Shown in pieces: positions 37,229 through 49,980 of a stretch of DNA of 64,000 nt (position 1 is the first letter of the stretch; each line of letters begins with the position of its first letter). The notes under the pieces are model-generated. The model saw nothing but the letters and a program-made list of their open reading frames with translations, was not told the DNA's origin and ran no database searches. Source of the stretch: Escherichia coli O157:H7 (GTDB lineage: Bacteria; Pseudomonadota; Gammaproteobacteria; Enterobacterales; Enterobacteriaceae); the NCBI RefSeq assembly GCF_013167455.1, contig NZ_CP038328.1; one strand, 5' to 3'. The position numbers and the translations under genes were made by a program.

Positions 37229-40200
37229 TTAATGGAAAATGACGTCAGGTGCGCTTAACGCCTCACTCAAATTAAACACATCAAGTTCGGCAAAAGTGAC
37301 GGATTTATTGTCACGGTACACTCGAAGAGAACGGAAGCTCATTAACGCTTTGCTATCAACATTGTAGTGGTTAAAACCGGGTGAAAACTTAAGGACCAGC
37401 CGGTACTCACCCAGGTCATAGACAAATGCGTCCTCATAACCTGACTCCCAGCCTTTGTATCGCATTCCCATAAGTTGCCCAACGGTAGCGGATTTACCTT
37501 CCCAGCGAGTCAGGCTGTTACTGGTTGACTCATCAGGTGTGAGCAGCACCGTGCGGCGCGCCAACTGGCGAAAAGGCGGCATAATTTCGTAATCGGCAAA
37601 AAGCTGTGCAAATTCACTGCGCATTTCTGCTGTCATTTCTAACGGGTGGGCAATGCCAATCAGAGCGTCCGCAGGCAGGTCAATTGGCTCATCTTGCGCA
37701 TTGCAGAACCCCCCCTCTGCGGCCACACGAAAGGCGTTGAGTAAACGACGCGGTTCATTTGCCGGATAAACCCCCCATATTAATCGCTGGGTAACCAGAC
37801 GGGTAAAGGGATGATTAACAAACAGAGAATGAAAATCTGCCAGCGACCAGCGTCGGGTGGTACGTAGGGCAGCTTCAAGACGCGGGAGCAGGTTTTTGCT
37901 CACCTGAGTAGCATCTTTTTTTAGCCCTTTTAGTCGGGCCAGTGCCTCGGGCGCTTTCAGTTGATCGTCATCGGCGCGCAACCGGGGAACGCTTTTCTGG
38001 CGAACGTTTTGCTGATCAAAGATAACCGGGTTGAGGTTTTCATCGAAGCGAACGGTAAACTGCCGGGGACCAAAATCAAAACTCAACGCCTGCGGATCAT
38101 CAAGGCCCAGGGTTGGGACTAATCTGTCCGCTAGCTCTTCCTGGCTTAGCCCGCGATTTTCTGCGACTACCTGAAGAAATTCCGCCGCGTTATCACGTAA
38201 GGGGCGGGATTTAGCCCGTTGCGATATATGATGCAGCTGTATCAGCGCCATATCATTATTCATCAGGGTAAGGATGTTCAGGCCGCTGACAGCACGGGCA
38301 GATTTGCCTTGTGGCCAGGCGAGGATCTGTGTTGTTAGATCCCGTGCCGTGCTTTCGTCACCAAAGAGACTTAACGCCAGAAATGCCCAGTTGTCTTTTG
38401 CGGGGGCACCAGCTTGTTGCCACGCAGTGAAGAGATCCCAGGCAAAAGCTGCCAGCGTTTGTGGCTGGCAGAACGTTTTCAGTTGTTCCAGCCCGCTATA
38501 AAAACGTCCCCCCTGGGTAAAGCGCAGCATTTCGCCGATAATTTCCAGAGCGTCATCGGTAACAGGTTGATTATTAGTGATAAGGCGCGGCCTGGACCAC
38601 ATTTGCGGATGCCAGAAATCAGGGGCTTTTGGAATGCGTGCCGGGTAAATTTCCATGGGACCCTGTTTCAGTAAATGCTCCAGGGCAGGCCATACATCTG
38701 TACGCTGCCAACGATTGGCTACAGTTTGTAGCAATTCGCCATGCCCATGTTCGTAAAGTAAACGCAGGGCAAGTAATGCAGCTTCGCTTTTATCGCTAGA
38801 TTTGGTGAAGACAAGAGGGATAAGTGCAGTAGCCGTATGTTCCGGCCATTGTAAAATCCACTGGCGAGCCAGATCACGCTGCGCCGCGAAACGTCGCCAG
38901 ACGCGGGCAACGGGCAGGGCCAGTTCTGTTGCGCCGAAATTTAAAATTAACGGAAATGTTTCTTTTGGACGATGTGAAAAAGCCAACAGCAGACCTGGTA
39001 GCGCATCCAATCCGAGGATACTGAGAAAATAGTCCTCTCCCGCGAACAGATGCTTTTTCTCATTGATACGCAGCCAGAAAGTCAAAGCCATCTCACGCGG
39101 CAACTGTGCCAATAAATACAGGTTCCAGACACTCTTTTCCGGACGATAACGTGAGTAGTTGTCATTTTCCCATATGTTAATTAACGCTTCTATGTGACCG
39201 CTGCGGAGCGCCTGTTCTGCTAATTGTGCTTCCGGGGAGTTCCAGCCATTCAGGATCTCTTCAACCCGCCCCTGGTAGTAATGCCACTGAACAATGAGTG
39301 AATTGCGTGCAGCATCCAGTTTTCCAGGGAGTATATAATTCAAAAACAGCCATACATCATCCCCAAAACCCAGTTCCTGTAATACAACTCGCCCACTTTT
39401 TTGTTCCATGCGTTGCGCAAGAGATTCCGTGCTGAAATAACGGGCAGACTCAGTGGCGGCAAGCCTCTCTCGTTCGCCTGGTTGCCAGTAAACTTGCGGA
39501 GTTAATTCGAGCCGTGCCAAATCAAGACGTGGAGCTGTCATTTTTTTCTTACTACGCCACGGTGGTGAAACGAGGATTTCAGGCAGATTGCTGTTATCGG
39601 TGCCATCAATAACCGGTTTTGGCAGTGCCGATAAATAACTCTTCAGCACTGCCCTGGCTTGAGTACTTAACCACGACATCACTTCTGCTGCCAGTTGTGG
39701 CTGCGATGCCATCAGCGTTTGTAACAGCGTACGCCAGTATTCTTCTCGAGCTTTTTGCTGTGCAGGCAGCTTTTTGTCTTCGATGATTGGATAACCAGGG
39801 CGGGCTGGTGGTTCTTTTAACGCCAGCAGTTCTGCCAGTGCGGCGAGCGTCGCATGGGGGAAGTTTTTACTGTATTTAGCCACACGTTGCAGGCTGGGTT
39901 TGTTTTTATCAGCAACTAACAGCAAGGTGCGGATGACTTGCGGATGGTTAATTTGTACCAGCAGACTGCCGCAATCTTCTTTATGAGCATACATTGCCAG
40001 GCGCGGAACGGCTGCCAGTCCTTGTTCGCGCAAAAGGGAGGCGCAGGCCGCGTAGCCGAAGCGGTTTTCTTGTGACATGTAGCTGGCTTCGCGATCGCTA
40101 AATACGTCCAGGCCCCAGTATCGTTCGAGTTTTTTTACCGCCGTATTATCAGTAGCAACGACCTTTAACCACTCCTTTGAATGGAGACTTGACCGGGAGC

Positions 40201-40858
40201 TTTCAAGACTGGCGAGTTCATTGGCTATTTCAGGTTTTTCCGGGAGGATCAGCGCAATAAAAGGACGGCGAATTTTGGGTATTCCTGGCAGTGCGGCAAT
40301 GAGTTTATCGGCACAACGCTGCCAGCAACTTTCCTCTGCCAGCGACAGATGCTTACGCAAACGGAGATCGAAATCGTTATAGGTCGCGGAGCCATAACCG
40401 TAGCCATAGTCCTCGTCCTGATACTGCAAAGTGACGACCAGTGAGTCACTCTCATAACGCCGCGCAATGCACTGACGCGATATCACTACATCCGTCGCAT
40501 ATTCCAGCCCCTCTTGTTGCACGATTTCATCAAGTAACTGCTGGCTGTCATTTTGCGCGATACAGATCAGAGCCGCCATGGTAAGGGCTGGGATTGACGG
40601 TTTATGCTCGCCAGTCAAATTGATTGCCTGCTGGATGGCGGACTGCCACTCCAGTGAGCATTTATCATAATTCCAGGTGATATTTTCCTTCTGGCCTGCT
40701 TGTTGTAGTAATTCATCTCCCAATGTCTGGATGAGACTTCCAGTGATAACGGACACTGGTTCGCCCGGCCAGCGACGATGACTGAGCGGCGTTTTGCCTT
40801 TTTTATATTTCAGTTCCAGTTGGGCGTTATCCGCCAGCCACGGTAATTCCTTGTCCAT
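37229..40858 (-). CDS. yehI: YehI: large DUF4132-family protein (1209 aa), intact, lacking the N-terminal WGR module present in the neighbouring paralogs
   Basis: Single long ORF; paralogous to the two upstream split ORF pairs across most of its length. Confidence 0.85.
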   Translation of the reverse strand: MDKELPWLADNAQLELKYKKGKTPLSHRRWPGEPVSVITGSLIQTLGDELLQQAGQKENITWNYDKCSLEWQSAIQQAINLTGEHKPSIPALTMAALICIAQNDSQQLLDEIVQQEGLEYATDVVISRQCIARRYESDSLVVTLQYQDEDYGYGYGSATYNDFDLRLRKHLSLAEESCWQRCADKLIAALPGIPKIRRPFIALILPEKPEIANELASLESSRSSLHSKEWLKVVATDNTAVKKLERYWGLDVFSDREASYMSQENRFGYAACASLLREQGLAAVPRLAMYAHKEDCGSLLVQINHPQVIRTLLLVADKNKPSLQRVAKYSKNFPHATLAALAELLALKEPPARPGYPIIEDKKLPAQQKAREEYWRTLLQTLMASQPQLAAEVMSWLSTQARAVLKSYLSALPKPVIDGTDNSNLPEILVSPPWRSKKKMTAPRLDLARLELTPQVYWQPGERERLAATESARYFSTESLAQRMEQKSGRVVLQELGFGDDVWLFLNYILPGKLDAARNSLIVQWHYYQGRVEEILNGWNSPEAQLAEQALRSGHIEALINIWENDNYSRYRPEKSVWNLYLLAQLPREMALTFWLRINEKKHLFAGEDYFLSILGLDALPGLLLAFSHRPKETFPLILNFGATELALPVARVWRRFAAQRDLARQWILQWPEHTATALIPLVFTKSSDKSEAALLALRLLYEHGHGELLQTVANRWQRTDVWPALEHLLKQGPMEIYPARIPKAPDFWHPQMWSRPRLITNNQPVTDDALEIIGEMLRFTQGGRFYSGLEQLKTFCQPQTLAAFAWDLFTAWQQAGAPAKDNWAFLALSLFGDESTARDLTTQILAWPQGKSARAVSGLNILTLMNNDMALIQLHHISQRAKSRPLRDNAAEFLQVVAENRGLSQEELADRLVPTLGLDDPQALSFDFGPRQFTVRFDENLNPVIFDQQNVRQKSVPRLRADDDQLKAPEALARLKGLKKDATQVSKNLLPRLEAALRTTRRWSLADFHSLFVNHPFTRLVTQRLIWGVYPANEPRRLLNAFRVAAEGGFCNAQDEPIDLPADALIGIAHPLEMTAEMRSEFAQLFADYEIMPPFRQLARRTVLLTPDESTSNSLTRWEGKSATVGQLMGMRYKGWESGYEDAFVYDLGEYRLVLKFSPGFNHYNVDSKALMSFRSLRVYRDNKSVTFAELDVFNLSEALSAPDVIFH

Positions 40859-40867
40859 GCTCTTTCC

Positions 40868-43853
40868 TTATTCAAACAGGGCTTCAATATCGTTAATTAG
40901 CTCGCTGGCGGTGATGGCATCGAGTACGGAGAACTGCGCTTCCTGTGTTGAATTACTCCCCCAGCCATAGCTTTCTGCGTTGCCTTCCCATAGCCACAGC
41001 TTGCTTAAGATTTGCTCGGCACTCAGTTCGGCTGGCGACATGCCTACCGCAAAACCTTCATCGATTTCCATGATTAACGACCAGCGGCCCAGAGGTTTGA
41101 TCATCCAGCCGATCCAGCCTCCATCCTGCGGGGTGCCCTTTATCCAGCCTTTATTCGCCAGCCCCATGACCCGACCGCTCGGGCATTTTCTGCCTGCCCA
41201 GCGGGTCAGTTCGCTGGCGTTGCGCTCGGCTTCTGTCAGGGCGTAACTGTTACGGTCAAGCTGACGGAACGGTGGTAGCAGTTCATAGTCGGCAAAAAGC
41301 TGACCAAAGGCGGTAGCATCCGTCGGTGATATTTCCAGAACGTGAGGAATGCCAACAGAGATATCGCCTTCCGGCAGGGTGAAAAGATCATCGTCAGCGG
41401 TGCTGTAGCTGTTATCTTCCGCCACGCGGAAGCACGTCAGTAGCTGGTTTTCGGTGCTATAAACGCCCCAAATCAGACGGCGGGTTAAGTGGCGTACCAG
41501 TGGATGTTCAACCAGGAAGAGCTGAAAGTTTTCTGGCGACCAGCGGCGACGCAGGCACATGGCGGATTCCAACCTTGCTACCTGCTGGGCGGCGACGGTA
41601 CGCGCATCTTTTTTCAGCAGTTTGTAGCGGTTAACAGCATCGTTCGCCTGTGATTCATCATCGCTTTTGTTTGGTTTGGGCAGGTCTTTCAGACGGCTGC
41701 CAGAAACATCACGCACAAACGGTTTTAAGGTTTCATCAAAGCTGACGGTGAACTGGCGTGAGCCGAAATCCAGCAGCAACGAACCGTTATCATCCAGACC
41801 GAGATCCGGTGCTAACCGATCTTCAAGCTCTGCCACCGTGAGTTCGCGGCTTTCGGCAATGCCGGCAATTTTTTCTTTTGCCCGCTCCTGTAATGCTTTG
41901 AATTTCAGTTTCTGGGCAATACCGTTAAGCTGCATCAGGGCGATATCACTACCGATAGCGGCGAGAATATCCAACCCAACGGTGGCGCGTTTATGCTGGG
42001 ATTCACCAGGCCAGGCGCGTATTAATGGCGTCAGTTTGCGGGCGGTGTCATCGTTACCAAGAACGCCTAACGCAGTGAACGCCCAACTCTCTTTCGACGG
42101 TGCGCCCGCAGTCAGCCAGGCGGTAAACAGATCCCAGGCAAATTCAGCCAGTGAGTCGGCGGTACAGGCATCTTTCACCTGCAATAATCCCGGATACAGG
42201 GCCTCTTCCTGAGGGAAGCGGAGCATTTCACCGAGGTGCTGGAGTGCGCTATCTGGCAGTACCTTGCTGCTATTTTTGAGTTTCGGGCGAGTCCATAATG
42301 GAGGTTGATAAAACAACGGTAAAGGGGGGATTTTCGCCGGGTATTTACCCACAGGACTGTTGTCGTTATTTTTATTTTGAGTTTCCCAGGGCGGCGAGAC
42401 TAGTACCATTGGTAGAATTTCTGAGTTTGCAAAATCTTCATTGCGACTATTCAGCAATTGCTGACATTGTTGCAATAAATTTGCCGCTTGCGACGATAAT
42501 CCGATGACTAATTTTTCGACAAATAAAGGATTTGCATTAAGTAATGAAACCAGCAATGTATGTTTGCGTTTATCATCTTTTTTTACCAATGCTTCGGCTA
42601 ATGCCACTATCGTTGCAGAAGGAAAATTTTCGGCACTTTTTATTCGTAATGGCCAACGGATGATTAATACATTTCAGTACGTCACCGCAATTATCTTCTT
42701 CAGCATAGGGAGTCAGGCGAGCCAGTGCCGCTATACCTTGCTCCCGTAATACCGTAGCTGACCAACTGGCACCATAGGTGTTAAATACATCAATGTATTG
42801 ATAGTTCTCCAGTATTTCGAGCGTGAATGGATCTGTCGCTACCAGTTTCAACATTTCAAGTTGTGGAACATCTGCGACCTGGTGTAAACGATGTACGATC
42901 TCATGGGCCACTTCGGGTATTTCTGGCATTAAAATGGCAATTAACGGTTGGCGATAGAGTGATATATCTGGTAACGCAACGAGTAATTTTGCAATGCAAT
43001 TTTGCCATACTTCTTCTTCTGCTAGTGATAAATGTTTACGCAGACGTAAACTAAATTTGTCGTTATTCCTTCTATAACTGTCCTTGCTGCTATCTGCATA
43101 ATTAATAAAGAAAGTCAAATGTTCATCTTTATAGTCAAAATCGAAATCAATTTGCCACCAGAAGATGACAGTTTCAGTTGCGTATTCGATACCGAAGGTG
43201 CTTACAATTTCATCCAGCAACTCGGATGAGGTTTCATCATTCCAGCCCTGACAAAAACATATTTCCAGAAAAGTAAGTACCGCCATAGTACGCGCGGGTA
43301 TCTCAGTCTTTTGGGCCTTAATTAAGCTGATTGCCTGGCTAATCGCATCAGCCCATTCATCAGAGCATGAGCTGTAATCGAAAGTCAGATTTTTATAATA
43401 ATGATAAGTACGATTTGCCAATCGGGAAATTAAATTTTGTTTCTCGGGTTTGGTTGGTTTTTTTACTGGCTCTCCCGGCCAAAGGCGGTGGCTGAGGGCA
43501 TGGCGGGCAATATTCGGGGGAAGAATAATGGGATCGTTGTCTGCCAGCCAGGGTAAACCATTAGTTGCTGCCTGGCGATTTATTGAGGCTTTTTCCTCTG
43601 TGACCAGGACTTTCTTTGCTGAGGCATCATGTGAGTGAGCGTTAGCGTCTACTTGCTCCACATACCCCTTCTTCACCTTCTCCGCAATCAGCTTCAGTGC
43701 TGCTTTTTCCGCCGCCGCAGTATCTGCAAAGCTTTTTACCTGACTTTGCCCGTTGGTACCGACTTTACCCCAGTTAATATGCAGCTCGTTTCCCTGCTGC
43801 TCCACCGCCCAGAATTTATGTGATTTTTCGTCCTGATAAATATAGGTTTTCAT
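40868..43853 (-). pseudogene. WGR + DUF4132 paralog (molR/yehH-like), disrupted: frameshift at about 42573-42607 and apparent internal deletion of about 330 codons relative to yehI
   Basis: Track ORFs 42573..43853 (426 aa, WGR N-terminus MKTYIYQDEKSHKFWAVEQQG...) and 40868..42607 (579 aa) overlap by 35 nt in different frames; the 579-aa part jumps from the LVSPPW region to the YPAKIP region of the yehI alignment. Confidence 0.6.
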
Positions 43854-43865
43854 TGTTAAATCCTT

Positions 43866-46800
43866 TTAATCAAACAGTGATTCAATGTCGTTAATCAGCT
43901 CGCTGGCGGTGATGTCGTCGAGCATGGAGAAAGTGAGTGAGGATTGTTTACCGTAGCGATCATCTGGCGAGGTGATTTTTACGCTTTCAACCGGGTGCTG
44001 GTCGCCATACCCCGTTTCACCATAAATTAATGAAAAAGGTTCCGTTTCAAGTTCGAGATCGCCATGAGGGGTTGTTTTGCGCATCGCATAAACGCTGCCG
44101 CTTTCTTCCAGACGTTGCCAGCCTCTGCGTTCCAGCCCGACAATGCGTCCGGCCTGGCAAAGCCGTCCTTGCCAGCGTGTCAGTTCGTGAGTATTACGTT
44201 CATTATCAGCAAGGTGATAGCTACCTCGCTCGAGCTGTTGGAAAGGGGGAAGCAGTTCGTAATCAGCGTAAATTTGCCTGAATGCAGCGGCGGATTCAGG
44301 GGATATTTCCAGCACATGCGGAATACCGATGTTTCCTGCTGGCAGCGTGAATAACTCATCCTGCGCATCGCTGTAAGTGCTGTCTTCTGCCACGCGAAAA
44401 CAGGTGATAAGGGCGTTTTCATCGTTATAAACCCCCCATAACAGCCGTCGGGTTAAGTGACGTACCAGCGGATGCTCCACCAGAAACAGGCGGAACTGCT
44501 CTGCCGTCCAGCGTCTGCGCTGGCACATAGCCTGTTCCAGACGATCAATCTGCTGGCTGGCTATGGCGCGTACATCTTTTTTCAACTGTTTGAAGAGATT
44601 AACCGCGTCAGTTGCCTGAGTTTTTTCATCGCTCTGGTTTGGCTTAGGTAAATCTTTCAGGACTTTGCCGTTTGCATCGCACACTACAGGTTTTAAGGTT
44701 TCGTCAAAACCAACGGTGAATTTGCGGGGGCCGAAATCCAGTATCAGCGAGCCACTGCTATCAAGCCCTAAATCTGGAGCCAGGCGGTCTTCCAGTTCAG
44801 CCATAGTCAGCCCACGGTTTTCAGCAACTATGTTGATTTTCTCGCGGGCATGTTCCTGTAATGCTTTGAATTTAATTTTTCGCGCGATGCCATTAAGCAG
44901 CATTAGCGCAACATCGCTGCCAATATCAGCTAATACATCCAGCCCGGACACCGCCCGTTTATGCTGGGATTCCCCAGGCCAGGCGCGGATAAGCGGGGTT
45001 AATTTACGCGCGGTGTCGTCATTGCCTAAAATCCCAAGCGAAGTAAATGCCCAGTTTTCTTTTGCGGGTGCGCCAGCTTCTGTCCAGGCGGGATACAGAT
45101 CCCAGCCAAATTCAGCCAGTGATTCGCGGGTGAAGATTTCTCTAATGATATCCAGCCCAGCGTAGGCGGTAATGTCGCGAGGAAAGCTCAGCATAGTGCC
45201 GAGGTGGCGCATAGCGTCATCTGACAGAGGCAGGTTGTTACTTTTAAGCCGTGGTCTGCGCCACAAGGTGAACTGATAAAAGCCGGGCAGTGGGGCGATT
45301 TTAGCGGGATATTCTTCCAGTGGGTCGCTATCGAACAATGTTGCCAGCGCAGCTAAAACATCAGGTTGATTATATCCTTGCGCGATTTCCTCAATCGTTT
45401 CTCGCTGGTTTAAATTCACCAGCAGACGAAGCGCCTGGCGGGCACAATCACGATCTTTTCCTTTTTTGCCCAGGGCCACAGGAAGCAGCCCGGCGGCGGC
45501 ATGGCGTGGATAATCAGTTAGCCAGTTTCGCGCATCTTCATAAGACATTTTTTTCTGTAATTGTTGCGCCATCGGTAAGGCCAGTTCACTGACACCGAGG
45601 AAAAAGGGGAAGAAGCACAGACGTCGTGGATCACGTTGCAGGCAGGCCATAAATGCAGGTATGGCGGCGCTACCAAAAATTGCCAGAATATTTCCCTCAC
45701 CAGAGTAGTTATCTTCTTTGACTATCTGGTTAAGAAAAGAAATGGCCTGTTGACCAGGCAGGTAACAGAGGGCAATGAGATTCCAGCTTTTGTATGCATT
45801 GTTATGATAATGCACAAATTCAGCATTGAGTGCTGGAAAATCGAAGCGTAGCAGGGCATCAACGGCGCTTTGTGGCGCCGGAATTTTTTCGTATATTTTT
45901 TCTCCGCTCTCCCGCCATTTTTCAAAACCAAGATGCCACAGTATTTGTTGCTCCGGTGTAAGCGGTATTAAGTGTTTCTCCCAGCTTGCTTTTTTGATCG
46001 GCGGCAGGTCGGTAAACAATGTTTGTTTTGTCGCCTGCTGTTGGGCTATTTGCTGGAAGTGGGTGACAAGGTAAGTACGGGTCAGTTTTTTGGTAATCTC
46101 TGGAGTGACATCAGAAACAGAAGGAACTGGAAGCACTGGAAGATCAAACACAGGCGTATTTTTCTTTTTCTCTTTGGTCATCCAGGGCGGCGAAACAAGC
46201 AGCTCCGGCAACATATCCACAGTGGCATATTCACATTCTTCAGCGACTGACTGCGGACGACATTCAGATAAGATGCCTGCCGCTTTAGCATTAACCCAGG
46301 GAATGACGTCGCATACTAACTCTGGCGTGGCGGTAATCAGTTTGACAAGCGCTTTACGCCACTCTTTATCTTCATGTATTGCCAGCAAAGTAGCATAAGC
46401 CGCAATAGCCGCAGCGGGATGCTTTTGACTGGCCTTGCTTAAGTATTCCAGGTGCTTTTTCTTACCAATTACACCGAGGATCAGAATTTGAATCGCATCC
46501 GGGTGATTCGTTTTCCATAGCCATTTGACAAGATTTTCAGTCTCGCTGATGCGTTCGAAGAGATAAGTGGGATTGTCAGAATGGTCTTCCGTAAACTCAA
46601 GAAGTATCCGGCTTACACCGCGCACCCCATTATTTGCCAACAACATTGCCAGATAAGCGCGAAAATTACGAAAATCACGATACAACGGTGGGAAGTCGTA
46701 TTTTTCCACTGTACTCAGAGCAGTATCATCGGTTATCACCAGTCTTAACCAGGTCATCGCCGGGACGTTTTGGTCTGCATAGCGTAGATCTATAGCATGG

Positions 46801-47675
46801 GCGATATCCGGGCGTTCAGGGAGCAGTAACGCCGCAAAAGGTTGCCGTGCGGGGGATAGCGTCGGAATGGCGGTGAGTACTTTATCTACACAGCGTTGCC
46901 ACTCATCTTCTGAAGCGAGTGAAAGATGATGACATAGACGTTGATGCTAACTAGGTAGCGATTCTGCTTCGTGATTAGGTGGAATGATGGTGGTTACTGC
47001 GCCTTTTACTGGTTTATATTTGAGTTGAAGGGCAAAAAGGACGATTTCAACGGCGCTTTCCAGACCACAGCGAATGACTAAGTCATCGACCAGTTCATCT
47101 GCAGAGTAAGAGTTCCAAAAACTCCAGAGCAATGCTGCATCAGATTGCGCACTCCCTGTCTGTTGATTATCCAGAATTCGCCTTTGTAACTCAGCAAAAG
47201 CCTGCTGCCAGTTTTCAGGATAAGAGCGGTAATTGTTGTCGGGATCATATGCCCTGGTGTTATCTGCAATACGCTTCCATATCTCACCGTCTTTGCGCAG
47301 ATAATTGATCTCTCTGGGGCGAGAGCGATGAGGAAAAGCAAATCGGTTAATATCGTCAGTTACCGGAATAACTGCATCATCAGCCAGCCACGGGCGTTGG
47401 TTTTTACTCTCAGGGGAAGTTTCAACTTCAGGAGTGGCTTTGGTGATGGGGGGGATATGCACGTTTGCTGAAGCATTTTCCACATAGCCTTTTTTCGTTT
47501 TCTCCGCGATAAGCTTCAGTTTCGCTTTTTCCGCTGCTGCAACATCCGCAAAACTTTTTATCTGGCTTTGCCCGTTAGTGCCGACTTTGCCCCAGTTGAT
47601 ATGCAGCTCGTTTCCCTGCTGCTCAACCGCCCAGAATTTATGTGATTTTTCGTCCTGATAGATAAAGTGTCTCAT
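43866..47675 (-). pseudogene. molR: molR-like WGR + DUF4132 paralog, split into a 242-aa WGR-containing ORF and a 963-aa body ORF by a frame disruption around 46760-46950
   Basis: Track ORFs 46947..47675 and 43866..46757; the 963-aa frame continues homologous upstream of its first Met until an in-frame stop; K-12 molR is annotated as an interrupted pseudogene at this position after metG. Confidence 0.6.
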
Positions 47676-47815
47676 TCTGCATCCCTGTAATTTTATCCAG
47701 TTGAATGCAGATGCTACCAGTATTTATACGGGTTAGAGAGAGACAAAATCGTAAGAAAACAACTTTAGGAATTTATAAAGAAAAGGCGCTGTCGATGCAG
47801 CGCCTTGAAGGGGGA

Positions 47816-49849
47816 TTATTTCACCTGATGACCCGGTTTAGCACCGGCATCCGGGCTTAGCAGGAAAATATCTTTCCCGCCAGGACCGGCAGCCATCACC
47901 ATGCCTTCAGAGATACCGAAGCGCATTTTACGTGGTGCCAGGTTAGCCACCATAATGGTGTGACGACCAATCAGTGCCTGCGGATCTGGGTAAGCAGAAC
48001 GAATGCCGGAGAAGACATTGCGTTTTTCACCGCCGAGATCCAGCGTCAGGCGTAGCAGTTTGTCAGAACCTTCAACAAACTCTGCGTTTTCAATCAGCGC
48101 CACGCGCAGGTCAACTTTGGCGAAGTCGTCAAAGGTGATGGTTTCCTGAATCGGATCATCTGCCAGTGGGCCAGTAACTGGCGCGGCAGCTGCTTTCACT
48201 TCTTCTTTAGACGCTTCCACCAGTGCTTCAACCTGCTTCATATCGATGCGGTTATACAGCGCCTTGAACGGATTCACTTTGTGGCCCAGCAGCGGTTGCT
48301 GGATACCATCCCAGGTCAGTTCTGTATTGAGAAATGCTTCTGCGCGCTCGGTCAGTTTCGGCAGTACCGGCTTCAGGTAAGTCATCAGCACGCGGAACAG
48401 GTTGATGCCCATTGAGCAAATCGCCTGCAGGTCAGCATCGCGGCCTTCCTGTTTTGCCACCACCCACGGAGCCTGTTCATCGACATAGCGGTTAGCCAGA
48501 TCAGCCAGCGCCATGATTTCGCGCACTGCTTTACCAAATTCGCGGCTTTCCCACGCTTCACCAATCACTTCAGCGGCATCAGTGAAGGTTTTGTACAACT
48601 GCGGGTCAGCCAGTTCGCTTGCCAGCACGCCGTCAAAACGCTTGTTGATAAAGCCCGCATTACGAGAGGCCAGGTTAACCACTTTGTTAACGATATCGGC
48701 ATTCACGCGCTGAACGAAATCTTCCAGGTTGAGATCGATATCATCAATGCGCGAAGAGAGTTTCGCAGTGTAGTAGTAACGCAGGCTGTCGGCGTCAAAA
48801 TGATTCAGCCAGGTGCTGGCTTTAATAAAGGTACCGCGAGACTTAGACATCTTCGCGCCGTTCACCGTCACATAGCCATGAACAAACAGGTTGGTCGGCT
48901 TGCGGAAGTTGCTGCCTTCCAGCATTGCTGGCCAGAACAGACTGTGGAAGTAAACAATATCTTTACCGATGAAGTGGTACAGCTCGGCGGTGGAGTCTTT
49001 CTTCCAGTATTCATCGAAGCTTACGCTGTCGCCGCGCTTGTCGCACAGATTCTTGAAAGAACCCATATAGCCAATCGGCGCATCCAGCCAGACGTAGAAA
49101 TATTTACCCGGCGCGTTCGGAATTTCAAAACCGAAGTACGGCGCGTCGCGGGAGATATCCCACTGTTGCAGACCGGATTCAAACCACTCCTGCATTTTAT
49201 TTGCCACCTGCTCCTGCAACGCACCGCTGCGGGTCCATGCCTGCAACATTTCGCTGAAAGAGGGCAGATCAAAGAAGAAGTGTTCAGAATCACGCATTAC
49301 CGGGGTAGCGCCAGAAACCACCGATTTCGGCTCGATCAGTTCAGTCGGGCTGTAGGTCGCGCCGCAGACTTCGCAGTTATCGCCGTATTGATCCGGGGAT
49401 TTACATTTCGGGCAGGTGCCTTTCACAAAACGGTCCGGCAGGAACATGCCTTTTTCCGGATCGTACAGCTGAGAGATGGTGCGGTTTTTAATAAAACCGT
49501 TTTCTTTCAAGCGAGTATAGATAAGCTCAGACAACTGGCGGTTCTCTTCGCTGTGCGTCGAGTGATAGTTGTCATAGCTGATGTTAAAGCCTGCGAAATC
49601 AGTCTGATGCTCCTGACTCATTTCGCCAATCATCTGCTCCGGGGTGATACCAAGCTGCTGAGCTTTCAGCATGATCGGTGTACCGTGGGCATCGTCGGCG
49701 CAGATGAAGTTGACCTCGTGGCCGCGCATTCGCTGGTAACGGACCCAGACATCAGCCTGGATGTGCTCCAGCATATGGCCGAGGTGGATTGAGCCGTTAG
49801 CGTACGGCAGTGCGCACGTCACCAGAATTTTCTTCGCGACTTGAGTCAT
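47816..49849 (-). CDS. metG: Methionine--tRNA ligase
   Basis: 677 aa from [39 protein letters not shown] and KMSKS motifs seen. Confidence 0.95.
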   Translation of the reverse strand: MTQVAKKILVTCALPYANGSIHLGHMLEHIQADVWVRYQRMRGHEVNFICADDAHGTPIMLKAQQLGITPEQMIGEMSQEHQTDFAGFNISYDNYHSTHSEENRQLSELIYTRLKENGFIKNRTISQLYDPEKGMFLPDRFVKGTCPKCKSPDQYGDNCEVCGATYSPTELIEPKSVVSGATPVMRDSEHFFFDLPSFSEMLQAWTRSGALQEQVANKMQEWFESGLQQWDISRDAPYFGFEIPNAPGKYFYVWLDAPIGYMGSFKNLCDKRGDSVSFDEYWKKDSTAELYHFIGKDIVYFHSLFWPAMLEGSNFRKPTNLFVHGYVTVNGAKMSKSRGTFIKASTWLNHFDADSLRYYYTAKLSSRIDDIDLNLEDFVQRVNADIVNKVVNLASRNAGFINKRFDGVLASELADPQLYKTFTDAAEVIGEAWESREFGKAVREIMALADLANRYVDEQAPWVVAKQEGRDADLQAICSMGINLFRVLMTYLKPVLPKLTERAEAFLNTELTWDGIQQPLLGHKVNPFKALYNRIDMKQVEALVEASKEEVKAAAAPVTGPLADDPIQETITFDDFAKVDLRVALIENAEFVEGSDKLLRLTLDLGGEKRNVFSGIRSAYPDPQALIGRHTIMVANLAPRKMRFGISEGMVMAAGPGGKDIFLLSPDAGAKPGHQVK

Positions 49850-49980
49850 AGTAGGCATTACTTCTTAATAGTGAAAAGGGGTTAGATAGTACCAAATGGG
49901 AAAATGTTAAGTAAGTACTTCTCTATATTCTTCAGGTAAACTATCAGCTGATGGTTTATCTATACAAAAAAGGAGTCGGG

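Noticed and set aside
48800-49792. 330-aa plus-strand ORF
   Set aside because: Antisense to metG, which is unambiguous
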